A stretch of 64,000 nucleotides of DNA from Octopus vulgaris (lineage: Eukaryota), in the NCBI GenBank assembly GCA_951406725.2, contig OX597822.1, positions 16,244,001 to 16,308,000 of the forward strand, given 5' to 3'. The position numbers and the translations under genes are program-made. The notes beneath the pieces were generated by a model that searched no databases, was not told the DNA's origin, and saw only the letters and a program-made list of their open reading frames with translations. Positions 1-14,216 of this stretch are shown here, piece by piece; within the stretch, counting starts at the first letter, position 1, and each line of letters starts with the position of its first letter.

Positions 1-811
1 GTTTGTGTGACTTGGTTTTGACTTGATGAATGTATTCGTGGTGTTGTTATGAGAAGGATGTATCTTTGCGTGTGTGTAGATGATTGCACTGTGTCGAGTG
101 TGTAGGAAATGTTTTATGTGCGCGCGCATATTTTTTTTTTTTTGTGTTATTGACTAAGTGTTTGGTGTGGGTCATGTTCGGTTTTGCGCTATGTTCGGTT
201 ACATACTCGTGCATGCTGTGCGAAGAACTACGCCGTGAAGACATTTATCAAAACTAACGCAGAATATCTAAATACTTCTAACCAAATAGCACCACGAGCG
301 CAAAAGTGCACCCCCCGCCACACTACCAACCAACACACGTAACCCAACAGAAACAAACGCACACGCGCACACTCCGCAACTAACAACTCCACTTGTGTAA
401 ACATGGACAAAACAAACAAACAAAAACACACACACACGCTCCGCTTCCACGCCTTCCTACACACAATCAGTCTCTTACGCATGACGTTGGCAAACACTTG
501 CCTTGCAGACCTCGTTGCACGTCTACACATGATATACAAATGTTCCCTCACACAATATTTAAACAACACTCTCTACTACAACAAAACAGACACTCAAACA
601 GGCCAAAGCAAATCTGCACACACACAAACAACCACCGCTAATTTACAGCCACAGACACTGTTTCGAAATTACCTCCCTTTACACATTCATCAAATGAAAA
701 CTAAATCGTAAAGACGTTCCGTTCAGATGACAACAGACACACACACGCACACACGCACACACACACACACGCACACACAGGAAAATAACATCAACAACAA
801 ACGATATACTT

Positions 812-990
812 TTTATGCTACTTGTTTCAGTCGTTAGCCTGCGGCCATGCTGGAGCATTGCATTGAACGTATCGATTCCAGCACCTTTTTATGAATGGTA
901 CTTTTATCTCTCTCTCTCTCTCTCTATTATTGAACCGTTATGTAACGGGGACATAAGCAAACCAATATGTGTCTATTCTTTAGGTGTAAC
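812..990 (-). mobile_element. SINE family B, degenerate 3' part
   Basis: cttgtttcagtc...gcggccatgctggagca and gtaacggggacataagcaaacca match the copies at 13555-13780, 35576-35955 and 59755-59975. Confidence 0.6.
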
Positions 991-1796
991 AGTCGGTAAC
1001 TGCCGCGGCCTATCGGCCAGAAAGTTCTTCCGCGTGCGCAGGAAAGGTGGCGCCACCTTTCGTTCAAAAGATTTTGCCTAAAACGATTCTGCCCACGCGG
1101 CATTAGTTTTGTCGACAAAAGAATCAAGTCGGATTCTTTGTGAACGCATCCGTACGTACAGACATGCGCACACACTCTATGGTACAGGTTGTGCATGGAT
1201 GTATAGATGTACGTACACAAATACATTTTTAGACATACATTTCAGCCTTTGGACATCCTTTCAATCGTATATTTAAAAAATTCTTTAAAATAAAAGACAC
1301 CAAAGCATACAATATGATTAAGGTACACATGGACTTAATGACTGCAGTGATAAGAATTTAAGCTTGTAATTATCGCTTTTACATAACAGCATAACATACT
1401 AAGTGGTGAAACAATAATTTATTTTTCTGTCAATAACGAAAGAAAATATATTGTTTTCTGAAAATAAACTTGATTAAAAAGTTATAGATCTGTTGTAGTT
1501 TCATAAATAAAATAAATAGCGCGATTTTATCTTCTTAGTTAAGCTATTTATGAAGAAATTTAAGTGCTAAATATTGGAATAGGAACAAACTTGAATACCT
1601 CCGTAGATTAACGAAATATACAGAACCATTACAGCATAAAGCACATTCATGGACATTTGGAGATATTATTTCAACAACTAATGCCGTCATATTAAATGTC
1701 AGACAAAGTAATTCGATTTTCTATCATTGTTAACGTTTCTATTTTTATTGTAAATGTTAAATTACAAAGCATATATTAATAATAATAATAATCATT

Positions 1797-2190
1797 GTTT
1801 CAACTCCAGGCACAGGCCTAAAATTTTGGGGGAGTGAAATTACATGACTACACCAATACTGTGTTCCACTGTTACTTTTTTATCGACCCAGGAAGGGTAG
1901 AAAGGTGATATTTTAACTCAGAAGAAATGCCGAGTAGCATTTTGTACGGCTTGCTAAAGATTCTTATTTATTTATTGCCCACAAGGGGCTAAACATAGAG
2001 AAGACAAACAAGGTCAGACAGAGGGATTAAGTCGATTACATCGACCTCAGTGAATAACTGGTACTTAATTTATCGATCCCGAAAGGATGAAAGGCAAAGT
2101 CGACCTCGGCGGAATTTGAACTCAGAACGTAACCGCAGACGAAATACGGCTACGCATTTCGCCCAGCGTGCTAAAGTTCGCTGCCTTATT
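1797..2190 (-). mobile_element. SINE family A, two tandem copies (tail-1 copy followed by degenerate tail-2 copy)
   Basis: Reverse complement of ttctgagttcaaattccgccgaggtcgactttgcctttcatcctttcggg..tcgataaattaagtaccag, shared with 15199-15410, 18478-18628 and 47146-47525. Confidence 0.85.
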
Positions 2191-3553
2191 CGCCGCCTTA
2201 TTATAATAATAATATTAATAATAATAATAATAATAATGATAATTGAAAAATGAAAAAAAATGGAGAGTTTAAATAGAAAATTCCCTCCAAAGGGGTAAAG
2301 TCCCGTCAGCAAGAGCCCAGTCAGCCTAGCCACAGAAACGTAAAATAAATTTCAGATACTATCTCTAAAAATTGAAAAAAAGACTTACAGATCACGAACA
2401 CACGTCCTTCCTCTTTGAAATCCACGAGCAGAGTCTGGAATAATAATAAGAAGAAGAAGAAAAATAGAAGAGAAAACTTTTGGACGGCAAATTATAAATA
2501 TATGACATTAATATTTAAAGAGGTAAATGCAAAGAAAGAGAATAGCTTTTCCTCTAACTTTAGAATCTAACTATTCTTTTATTCATTAATTTATTTTTGT
2601 TATTATCTATGGCAAAGCATTGGTAATGTGCAGTCAAAATCTCACCTTGCATTTCTGCTTTTAGCCAAAGATTTTGAGTCATTTTTTGGTTTTCACTCTA
2701 GCTTAATTCCGCTCAATCGAGTCTTGCGGACTATTGGTCATCGAATGACATTTTTCTCTTTATTAATTCTTTCATATAGTTTGGAATACCTTTCAAATTC
2801 GTCTCTTTTTTTCATTTTTGTTTTTTATCCTTGTCAAAATATTTCTCAACAGTCTGGTTACTTCCCAGTTTGTATCTTATTGTTTACTTGTTTATACACA
2901 GATAAAAGCATTTTTTTCGTGTTTCCTTATTAGTTTTTTTTTCTCCTTTTGTATATTCCTAATCGCAATCTTACTTTGATACAGTTTCGTTTTTCAGTCA
3001 GATCATTCTCTACACGTTACATTGTTTGCAGTCTATTTATATCGTTGAGTATGGCGGCTGGTTGCATAGAGTATTCTCTATATTTTTCTGGTATGCGGAG
3101 AGACACTGGGTTTTATGAGGTATTGTTTAGAGAATGGTCAGAGAATATGAGTATGGCATCAACTACAAACTGAACTTTTTGGTGAAGGTGCGCGAAGGTC
3201 GCATAGATACAGGTTGATTGAATAAAATGTGTAAGAGAGCTGATCCTTGTGGTACCATTCTCTAAACCGAATTTCCAGAAATGCTATCCTTTTACAGTAC
3301 ACAGGTAAGACGGCACATCATGTAGTTCGCTAGCGAATGTTTTATATGATTTTTCATTGAGGTAAGGTGATGTTGAATTGAGGGAAATGGAACCGAAAGA
3401 TTTCCTTATGAATACAGACGTTGGAATGTTAAGTGGGCGAGGTATTTGTATTGAATCATGTATTTATTAAAAACCGAATTTTGTGAGTAGAGTATTGTTT
3501 GAGTTCAGCAGTCCGAATCCATTTTGTGTTTTAGTGAAGAGAATGTGTGGGTA

Positions 3554-4868
3554 CGAGGGGCGTTCAATAAGTAATGCCTCTGACCCACTTGCCTTTGTTT
3601 GATCTAGCTGAAATTTTGCATGTGCAATTACTGATATCTCTATAGATTAAGTGGCAAATTACAGCTCTGAACTAATTGTGGTTTCCGATTTACAGGTGTT
3701 TGAAATGAGTCAATTGTGAAATGGAGCCTGTTGAGTGTCGAGCAGTGATCCGGTTTTTGTATTTGAAATGACGCACACCACAGGAGACTTTTAATGAAAT
3801 GAAAGTAACTTATGGTGATGATGCCCCATCATATGACCTTGTAAAACGCTGGCATCGTGAATTCAAACATGGTCGGAACTCTGTGGAAACAGCTCCCAGA
3901 TCTGGTCGCACCCCTTCTGCCATTGATGAGGCATCTGTCCGTCAAGTTGAGGCTGCCATTTTGAAAGATCGACGCATAACTATTCGCCAAATAGCCCATG
4001 AGGTCAAGATTAGTACCGGGTCTGTGGAAACTATCATTCATGACCATTTGCATATGCAAAAGGTGTCTGCCAGATGGATTTCCAGGTTGCTCACACTTCT
4101 CCAGAAGCAAGAACGCAAGAATTCCAGAAGCAAGATCGCAAGAATTCCAGAAGCAAGAATTTAGGGATGTGCCAAGAAGATGAGTCAAAATTTTTCAAAA
4201 GACTGATTACACAGGATGAAACCTGGGTCCATCACTATGATCCAGAGACCAAAGCCCAGTCAATGCAGTGGAAGCACCATGACTCACCTCCTCCAAAGAA
4301 GGCAAGGGTGCAGCCCTCCGCTGGCAAGGTCATGCTCACAGTCTTCTGGGACCAGGACGGAGTAGTGATGACAGATTTCCTGGCAAAGGGTACCACAATT
4401 ACAGGAGCCTATCATGTTTCACTTTTGAGGAAATTAAGAGAAGCTATCGAAGCCAAGAGGCGGGGAAAGATCAGCAAAGCCATCCTCCTCCTGCAGGACA
4501 ACGCTCCGGCCCACAACTCGCGTGTCGCCAGATCAGAAGCACAGGCGTGCAGCTATGAACTCTTCCCCCATCCCCCTACTCTCCTGACCTTGCACCCTCT
4601 GATTTTCACCTCTTCCCAGCCATTAAGTTGCTTTTGAAAGGAAAGCGTTTCCCAGATGATGCAGCCTTGATTTCTGAAGTCATGTCGTGGTTGTAGGACC
4701 AAGCTGGGGTCTTCTACGAAAACGGTCTCCAGAGCTGCATCAAACGATGGGAGAAATGCGTACCTCTGGGTTGTTCCTATGTAGAAAAAGACTAATACCT
4801 GTGCCAAGTTTCGTTGCTCTACTGCTATGGGAAGTGGGTCAGGGGCATTACTTATTGAACGCCCCTCG
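3554..4868 (+). mobile_element. Full-length mariner (Tc1/mariner) DNA transposon, inactivated
   Basis: TIRs cgaggggcgttcaataagtaatgcc(t/c)ctgacccactt at both ends, TA target duplication (3552-3553 and 4869-4870), length 1315 bp. Confidence 0.97.
3721..4795 (+). pseudogene. Mariner transposase pseudogene
   Basis: ATG at 3721 (MEPVECRAVIRFLYLK*); HTH region (WHREFKHGR..PRSGR), WISRLL (WVPxxL-like), QDETWVHHYDPE, LLQDNAPAH, HPP(Y)SPDLAPSDF, ends YVEKD*; internal stops and frameshifts. Confidence 0.93.
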
Positions 4869-7449
4869 TATGATGTCAAAAATCATCCTTTATTAAAACT
4901 TATTTTAGGTTGTACATATGAGGGTAGGAATAATTGGCATGATATTCTTTCCATCTCAGGTTCTGTTGAGCTTTAGAATAGTTATGAATTAAGCCTGTCG
5001 GTACGAGTAGATATATATTGCTGACAGCAGTGATTCATTTAGGTCCTGTTTCTTTGAGGTGTGTTTGCGATGTTTTCAGGCTCTGAGTTTCTAGATATCT
5101 TTATTGCTTTTTGTATGTCTACAGACGTTAAAACGCGGCATGTGCTCATCCTTCCTTTTGTGTTCCTGTTTTCTCTGAACAGACTTTAGTGGATGTTTTG
5201 TTTCCCCTGTAAATCCTTGATAAGGGCGTTTGATTGTTTGTTGTTGTCGGTGTTGTTGCTGAAGTTGACGTTGATGGCATCGATGAAGATGATGATGATA
5301 ATTATAATACTACACAGTGTTTCACTATTAGATTCGAGGCTTCTTCTTTCTGTGCGAACGGATTTGCCAGTTTTCAGTAGGGACGGGTGGTTGTTTGGCT
5401 CATATTTATTCTGTTAGTAGTTAGATACTAAATTTTATTTGGGTTGCGTCTGATTTTGGTGTATTTTGTTTGTGAATTTAAAATATTTTATTTCGATAAC
5501 GGCGCTTGTTTTTTTTTTAATGCTGCTAGTCTTCTGGAACTGAATTTTTTGTCCATGTTTACAAACAATTTTGTGTGTGGAACGTTTATTTTATTTGACT
5601 TTTATGTGATTTTGGGAAGAGAGATGGCAGTGCTTCCTGTTTTTATCATTGCAGCTGCACTCAGAATGATTTTTTTGTGTCATGTCGTGAATTTTTCAGG
5701 ATTATTTATGAACTTTGTTGTTTGTTTTAATTTGTTTTCGGGAAATGTTGAAGACACTATGGTAACGGATTTAGAACCGTTTCTCACATTATTGCAATCA
5801 CAGTTGTTGTTTTGTTTTGGTTTTTTTGACAGGTTTCCCACCTGTAAGAAATCTTACTTTCTTGGGTAAAATCGTTCGACCGACATTCTAGCCATGACCA
5901 TTATGCTCTCTTTTGGTGTATTGTATCCAGTTTTATTTTATTCTGCATATTGCCACATATTTGACAAAGTAGGGTTGCATTTTAGGAAGATTCGGCAGAA
6001 AATTTTAGCAGGTTCAACGATTGAGCAGGGGCCTCCTTCTAGTTGCAATAACTGCCATATGTTCACCCAATATTTTCTTTTTAGCATTGAGTTCGGTAAT
6101 GTCTACTTCGACGCTTTCTCTTCCAAATTACTTATGTCTGCTTCTCGCCTTCATTTCAGTATGTTGTATTTGTTTCGTGAACTACTAATTATTTCATAGG
6201 GTTATTTGCTTCATAATTATTTCATGGGCATTCTTGAGAATTGTTTGCGCTCTTAATTCCCTATTTCAATCACCACGTCTAACCTAATGGTCATATTGCT
6301 AGTTATTTTGTTTTTCCGTTACAACAGTTTTGTCACATCATTTGTCAATTTCCACATTCAATGTTATGTGTTTTTTTAAATTTATAAACGATTTTGTGAA
6401 AGGTTCCTTTAGAGGTGTTGACCACTATAAATATATCTAAGTCATCTATATAAGGAGATGAGTTGCAGTTTGTCTGTAACATCTATACACAATACGGAGA
6501 TTGTTTAGATATGTCAATAGTGCTAAGGGTAGATTGAAAGAAGTGTAGGAAAAGTTTGTCTACCTGATAGATTCAATATGTGACTGGGTGGGATATATTA
6601 TTTTTCTATTTGAAGACGATGGTTTAATGTTTTCTATGAGCACTGGGTATGTTGTTGTGCTTGGGTGAAGTGTCTACATCAAAGAGTGCCGTAATCAAAA
6701 CCAGCCATGCCAACGTCTGTTTGATTCTTTTTGCTGTCATCTATAATATCTCGATGCACCAGTGTCTACTCTTTATCACCATATTTCTTTCTCGCGAAGC
6801 TTTCTTCACATCTGCCAATGCTATTGTACTCCAATGCACTATCAGTCCGTTGTTACGTAAAGGTTTTCTATGTTACTGGAATAAAAGTTATATCTTAGTA
6901 GTTTTAGTGGTTTCTGGTTTGTATATTTTGTGAGGTGGGATGCTGCTTCCCATTCAATCAGTTCTTTAGGATTGATTTTGGTTTGCACACTGCTCCGTTT
7001 GTTGTGATCGGGCGTTTCAACCAGAAATTGGGGACCTTTTCATTCTCAGAGGTTTTCTTGTTGACAGGTTCCTTGCTGGTTGTAGTGAAAAACGCTTGCA
7101 CTTCTATTATCGTTATTTTGCCTCTTCGGTTGTAATCCATAATGCATTATTTCAATGCTTTTCTTTCCCTATTCCTATTCGCAAGTTTCCACTCCTTTTG
7201 CTGTGCTATGCAGTGATACGTTCTGTTCTTTAATGTCTCTGAAACCTCTGTCTTTCATGCAGATTACTTATTCTGGGCGAAATGCTCATATTTTACTTTG
7301 CATTATGTCATGCATGCTGTAGCTGATATGATTTGCTTAAGCTTTGCTTATCATTCGAGTATATCTTTTGTTTTTCTTATTTTCTATTATTTTTGTTGTG
7401 AAAGATCAATCACAAACCTCGGCTGAGAGTTAAATAATACAATGGACAA

Positions 7450-10050
7450 ACAAAAATGGTCAGAATTTATATTTTTACAAATACGAATTTTTCATTTCAA
7501 AAGTAATAAATTTCAATACATCAAATGAATCTAAGTGAATTTAGTTTTTATTTTAATTCGATCTCCTTTTTAACACTATTAAACAATACTATGAATATAT
7601 ATAAATCTAGCCGAGAAAATAAACTAAGATAACGTACAAAAAGTACAAAAAGTACAGAATTTATAAAGTACAGAATTTCCACGAATCCTGCTAGTCTTTG
7701 AAATTATACCAGTTTACATGGTATATCCTTCCTTGCACTTGAAAGAGACTCAAACGCGTCACTTTAAACAGAATATAAAATATATTAATTTGAAAGTTAA
7801 TGTATTTACGGGATCAAGTGTTCAGAAACGTATATTGATATTTCTTGGAAGTAGAAATGTGCGTCACATCATCTTAGAACTTGTCATAAAGTGTATATCC
7901 ACCTTGTCAAAGAAATCCCTATATCTATATGAATAAGCTGAATATGGTTTGGAACTATTTGGAACAATTTCTCTTGCATGTATAACGGTTTTTGATCTGG
8001 AGAATATTTAAAATACTTAGTGTTCTGTTTCTTATTTTAAATCTCTGAATGAGATTGTACTGTTTTGGAAATGCATTTCAAATTCCATTTTTTGCAATAA
8101 TTTTATGAGATATTATGCGAACCATATTCAGGGTATGTGGAGTATGCTGCGCGTAGGTAGTCTTAGTGGACAAAAAGCTTCTGCTTTATCAAATATCTTA
8201 AAGTATTCTCCATAAAGGTCACAACTGTTTTTAATTCGCCATCAGAAACTCTCACGCCATTTTATAAGATCCATTCATTTTGACAGTTCTAAACCATGCC
8301 AAATTCATTACACTTATAATTAACGTCGAGATTTTAAAACATACTGAAAGACGGGAAGTTACTTCGAACTGACGATCATTTTTTTATTCCCATCGGCTGC
8401 ATAAAAATTTTTTTAAATAAGCTCAGGAATGGTGTAAGCATGGTATAAAGGGATTTCGCCGAAGTCCGCAACAAGTATTGCCCATTCATAACAAATTTCT
8501 TTTAATTTCAGGAAGCCTTTCCTGACTCAAAAGCATACATTTTCTTAGCAACAAACGCATAGTTTTAGGATAACGTGTCCACGTCTTCTTCCAAATCTTA
8601 TGTATTTCCATTAGAGTGACGTGTAAGTACAAACGTCTTCGTGCAAGGTCGGAGTCTTTTTTCTGCCTGTAGCTGGTGAAGTACTAAGCTTACAATAGAA
8701 GAGAGAATTATCAAGTAAGTGGTTGGCTCTTAATGAATTCCCATTGCCATTCCATCAAGGTACTTTCGGTTTTAGCAGACTTGAAGATAATATCGTTCCG
8801 GTTGCGGACTTTCTGCAGAGTTTTGAGAAAGATTTAATATCCTGCCACTAAGTTGCCATGTACAAAGCATAGAATAAATTATTGAGAAATAAGCTCAACT
8901 GAGTTTCGTTCATCCAAGCTGACTGTTTAGCGTGAATAAAACATAATTTGAAGTTGTTAAAAGCTTCATCGACCCTGTGTTAAAACGTTCAGTATCATCG
9001 ATCGAGGGTTCAAGGAAGGAGAACTTTAATTAAGTCTGTCGGGAGAAATAGAAATAAAGTCTCGTTTGTCGAACTTGCTTAGCTTCTATAATGAGGACGG
9101 TTTATTCAGTGTCCATGAGAGGGAGATGATCTATCCAACCCAACTTTCTCCCAAAATCTCTAGCTTTATTTCTCAAACTCCTCTTTCACACGCGTTCGCA
9201 AAATCAATTCTTTATCATTTCCCAGATTTTTAATATTCACTCCATTCTCATGAAGTAATTACGAAGAGACAGTTAGAACATTTACTCAGTAGTGGTAAAG
9301 AAACTCGTTTCCAAACATTAGAAATTCGTCTCCAAACTATATATTACCATTACAGCTTCACAATAGATACAATTTTAATTTAGGTCGAGAACCACTATAT
9401 CATCTGGATTCTGAATTTTATCTATATGCACAATATTTAAAGTCAGACGAAAAGTAGTTTAACCAACCAAATTTACTCCCGTAAAACAACTCAAAGTTAT
9501 TAATCTGTTATAACACTTTCTATCTTTCAATTTTCAATATTGATAGTAGAGACGCTCTTTGTTGAGAGGGTCGAAACTTCTCAGTGACTATTAGATTTCT
9601 CTGTATTCAATGGGATTGTTGATATTTTTCCTCACCGAACTGCTCTCCGTATCCATTGTTGTTTTCAGCATTTTCTCAGTTATTTAATATATCACTTAAT
9701 TCGCCACTCATTCAAAATCTGCTGATATTTTACTCTATGATTTCAGTGCATTTTACATTTGGCATCTCTTATCACTTTACTCTGTTATAAGACATTCGTT
9801 TTAGAATTGCACGCGTTTATTTCGTTCGGTTTCATATCATCACCAGCTTTTAAATTATTTATTTTTGTAATAGCTTTAGTAATTTTTTAAAAAATTCTAA
9901 ATCAGATATATTCACAGTAATTTTTTCTTGCCGTTGGTCTCAGGGAATGTAACTTTATTGAAACTATTTCTATATTCAGGTATTCTATGATCATATCTCG
10001 CTTGCTGAGATTAAAATATATATTAGCGTTAGTTTTGAGATCCTATCTCA
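7450..10050 (-). mobile_element. Degenerate Penelope-like element (RT, possibly GIY-YIG)
   Basis: Minus strand 8725-8760 reads DGMAMG then NSL across a frameshift (PLE-type GxAMGSPL); decayed WK.YVD.T near 8575-8595; NG.. near 8275; RF.EH-like remnant near 7820-7832; boundaries approximate. Confidence 0.6.
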
Positions 10051-10160
10051 GGGGAATGTATTTATCATCTTTTCCAGAAAGTGTTCTGATTTGTGTAATA
10101 TAGCAAACTGTATATATGTGTAAATAAGTATGTCTATGTGGTGCAATATCCTATCTATAG

Positions 10161-10300
<140 letters not shown>

Positions 10301-10609
10301 AGATGGATAGATAGATATGCACATATAGATATATATGTATGTATCGCTTACTACGCTTTTTGTATAAAGTTTTAGGTATATGGGTATACATGTATTAAAT
10401 GTTTACACCCACTATAATTATTTTCATATGTATTTGTGTGCGTGTGAAAGCGTTCTCTTACTAATGTGAGCCTGGAAGACAAATTATGCAAAATATTTCC
10501 ATGTATACTAGTAATTACATAATGCCACGGGAGAGATTGTATGAATGAAAACCACGATAAACACAAGAAGCACGTAAGAAGGACGGTAGCATGATTATAT
10601 GTTTGTGTT

Positions 10610-10654
<45 letters not shown>

Positions 10655-13554
10655 TATAAGATATATATATTATATAAGATATATTTGGGTGAGGGGATAC
10701 TTTCCAATATTACCACCAGAAATATAAACTTGATTAAATATTTAACCTGGCGAGATCTTTTATTTGTTATGTATTTCTTTTTGTACACCTGAATGCGGTA
10801 TAATTAAGATTTCCGAAACCATGTAATAATTTTTTTTCTCATGCTACATTCCTTCTTTCGAGCAGCTTATATATGCGGAAATACAAATGAATACAAATTC
10901 TTGTAAATGTTCTCGAGTTTTTCTCCTTAGTTGATTTAGTTAACCAATGAAAAAGATTTACCCAAAGATTATTCCTGAGAAAATAATCTACTGAATTCTA
11001 AATAGACAAGTAGAAAGAACGAAAATCTAATCGTTATAAGAAAGGATGAGTATTGTATCTAATAACGAAACAGTCATTTCATCTTCACATAATATTTTGT
11101 AATATCGAAATGCCTGAAATGCTAATTTCAGTTCTGACAAAAGATATTGGACAAGTTATTAAAAATCAGATTTTTCTTCTACTTTGCATTATTTATTTTT
11201 TTTATTCAGACAGGTATTTTATTTTCAAGTCTGTTTTCAAAACAAAATTTGAAATTGAATCAGTTTTAGGTACTGAAATATTAACTCTCAAATTTTTCAC
11301 TTGAAAGAAGATGAAAGAATATGTAAAAAAATGTTCCTTTTATCGTTTTACTTTTATCAACTCAGCTATGGAACTTATTTTTTTTAATTACTGTGCTATT
11401 ATGAGATGATATTTCTTAGTCTATTTCTTCACGAGAACAACTTTAGTAATGTTGGCTTTTAGGAATTTACTACTGTATTGTTAATATTCAACAGTTAGAT
11501 TCGTTGGAATTAATAGAGGGCTAGTAAATTCGTCTAAGCGTGTCGCTCCCTGGTCCTATAATCTAATACTTTTTGTTCTAGTTAAATCAATAAACTGTCC
11601 AACACTATGAAATTAAAAATAAAGCAATTCAAAATAATAAGAAACTATTATTATCGTTCTAGAAATAGTAAATGAAAAGTCCTCAGTGCATGAATTAGGT
11701 TTTTACATTTGGTTCAAAGTTACCTCTATATTTTATTGTAGATATTTGTTTCTACGACTTGAGATTCACACTTCTTTTGCAAAGTTTCGTAATATACGCA
11801 AGAAGAAACTTACATTATTATACCTTAATACTAGCAAAAATGTTGGACCTGATGTAGCAAGAGAACGAAAAAATATTTTCATTTTGTACCTTATATTAAA
11901 TATTATGATATTCAAAATAAATATAGGTATTAAGTGCTTATCTTCTCCGCATAAAATAGACGGTAGTATTCCACTGTACAGTCAACAAAAACAAGAAGGT
12001 AGATTACCTACCATAGCATAAACTTGTTCCATTGATTTCATGAAGATATCATAATGTTCTTTCTTTCAGCTATACAAATTAGAAACATGTACAATATTAT
12101 CCCCACTCTTTAAGATAAGCATCTAACGCTTAGTCTCTGAAACAAGAAAATACTAGCCATTCCTCATGATACTCTGTAATTATATTCAACAGCGTTAATA
12201 TCATTGTATCTACAATTATAACACAATGTTTTCCAATATCACACAGTCATGTTGATAACTTTCTTTATAAATAGCTACATCATTAAACTACACGCATGCT
12301 GCATTTTTGTTAGGAAGCCTGACAATCAATACTCTTTAGCGATTATAGTTCTTGAGAATTACTTATTCCTGTTATTTATATGATAGGTATATTTATGTTT
12401 CCTATGACTCTTAACCAAGTTAAACTTCAGCACAAATTAGGAAGTATGTTCATTACAGCACTGGTAGCAAAAACATACGTCGCTACGTCTACTATACTAA
12501 CTAGATTTTTTTACTGCTACTTTTCTGTCTCAAGATTATTTGTTAGGTCGAATCGACATGCCGAACCAGATTCCAAGTTTGGTCGATTTACTTCGTGATT
12601 GCTATCAGAAAAATACACATTGTAATTTGATTTCATCTATTATTATGATGTGCATTCTCGCATTTATCTCATCCAGAAAAAATAGCTTTCTTATCTCCCT
12701 TTCTTTTCTATTTTTTTAAAGTTACCTTTCAAGATCGGAAAGAAACATTAACGTTTGCAGATGTATTATGATTTTATTTCTTTGGCTTGTTCTGTTTTTT
12801 TATTGGGGAAGGATGTATGGCAAGATAAGGAAATGTCACCCAAACTTTATATTTTCATAATATACCTGAATGAACCAAAAATCTAACGTTATCTAATTTC
12901 TATATTTGTACTTCATATTCTTTAGAACTTTACTTTCCCGAATATTTTTTATTAAAAAAGTTTAATCCAGAGTGAAAATATATTAGAAAAAATATCTCTA
13001 CCAAAAGTTTCTTGCTAAATAAAAACATACATAGACGAAAAACGTAATGTGATATTGGGAGAAAAGAGTAGACATGGCGCGTTCTTGACAAATGAATTTC
13101 TTATTGAAAACAGAAGCCTTAAAATCTCTACTGAAAAATCAATGTGTATATTCCATCTCAGATATACAGTTACAAACACGTTTACACTAGTTATATATGG
13201 AAATTTAACTGTAGGATACGGACAATTTCAAAACGAACATGGACAATTTCAAAATGTCCTTGAACTATCAATTCCAATGAAGAGGTTGACGGTCCGGACG
13301 ATAAATTCAAAAGGCGCAGCAATAAATCAGCAAATTGACCAAACTGCACATAGAATACTCCTTTTGTGTTCTCGCTCGCTTACTGCAAATTGTTGAGTGT
13401 GGTAATTATAAAACGGAGCAGTCAGTGCCGGCAGGATACTTTCTGGCAATTGAACAAATCAGATCGTGTCTCAGTCTCAGTTGTTAGCGATTTAAACGCG
13501 ATCTGCTCACAAATTGTTTGTCAAGTATTTTGAACAGAAAATTTAAATATATTC

Positions 13555-13780
13555 TTTCTTTTATTCTTTTATTTGTTTCAGTCATTTGACAACGGCCATG
13601 CTGGAGCATCGCCTTTAGTCGAACAAATCGATCTCAGAACTTGTTCTTTGTAAGTCTAGTACTTATTCTATCGGTTTCTTTAGCCGAATCGCTAACTTAC
13701 GGGGACGTAAACACACCAGCATCGGTTGCCAAGCGATGGTGGGGAACAGACACAGACACACAAACACGCACACACATATA
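13555..13780 (-). mobile_element. SINE family B, 3' half
   Basis: ttgtttcagtcatttgac..ggccatgctggagca..ctagtacttattctatcggt..gtaaacacaccagcatcggttg; reverse complement of 35780-35955. Confidence 0.85.
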
Positions 13781-14216
13781 GTACGTGCTTTAACTATAGT
13801 TTTAGAGCATTTTAGCTCTCATTTCTAGCAATGTAACTGTTCTAACGCCCTAGTCATACTTAGTTGCAATTGTAGTTTCCTTTTTGGTAAAACACTAATA
13901 ATTCTGATGCGCACTCTATACGATCTTTTTACTCCGTTTTTCTCTCTTTCACTCTCTTATTCTTTTACCTCCTCTTCTCCTATTACTATGTCACTCTCTC
14001 TCTCTCCCTCACGCTTCCTCCCTTGCGCACGTGGCTTCCACGTGATCATCGGCTATTTTCTTTCTTCTCCTAACTGAACAGATTTGGTGTTTTTAAACCT
14101 TTTGACCAAAAGAGAGAACTTTTTCTCCGCGATAATTTCAATGTATGTGCATTTAGAATTTAAAAGTCACATATTTTAACTGACCTAAAGTTCACATACA
14201 CGCGAGCGCGCACACA

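Larger units (their letters stand above)
2570..7350 (-). mobile_element. Highly degenerate APE-type non-LTR retrotransposon (LINE) ORF2, interrupted by a mariner
   Basis: Minus-strand remnants of RT motifs in the expected order: KETGP (~5050), ITILK (~4980), QNGF (~3520), VF..RKSFGS (~3400), G.PQGSAL (~3245), QFVVD at the YADD position (~3165); STIDI endonuclease-like motif near 6515; many stops and frameshifts; ends approximate. Confidence 0.6.

Noticed and set aside
13217-13255. ggacaatttcaaaa repeated at 21-bp spacing (CRISPR-like or binding array)
   Set aside because: Only two units; simple local duplication in eukaryotic DNA
13405-13430. TATAAAA plus TCAGT core promoter
   Set aside because: Spacing (~15 bp) is too short for TATA-Inr
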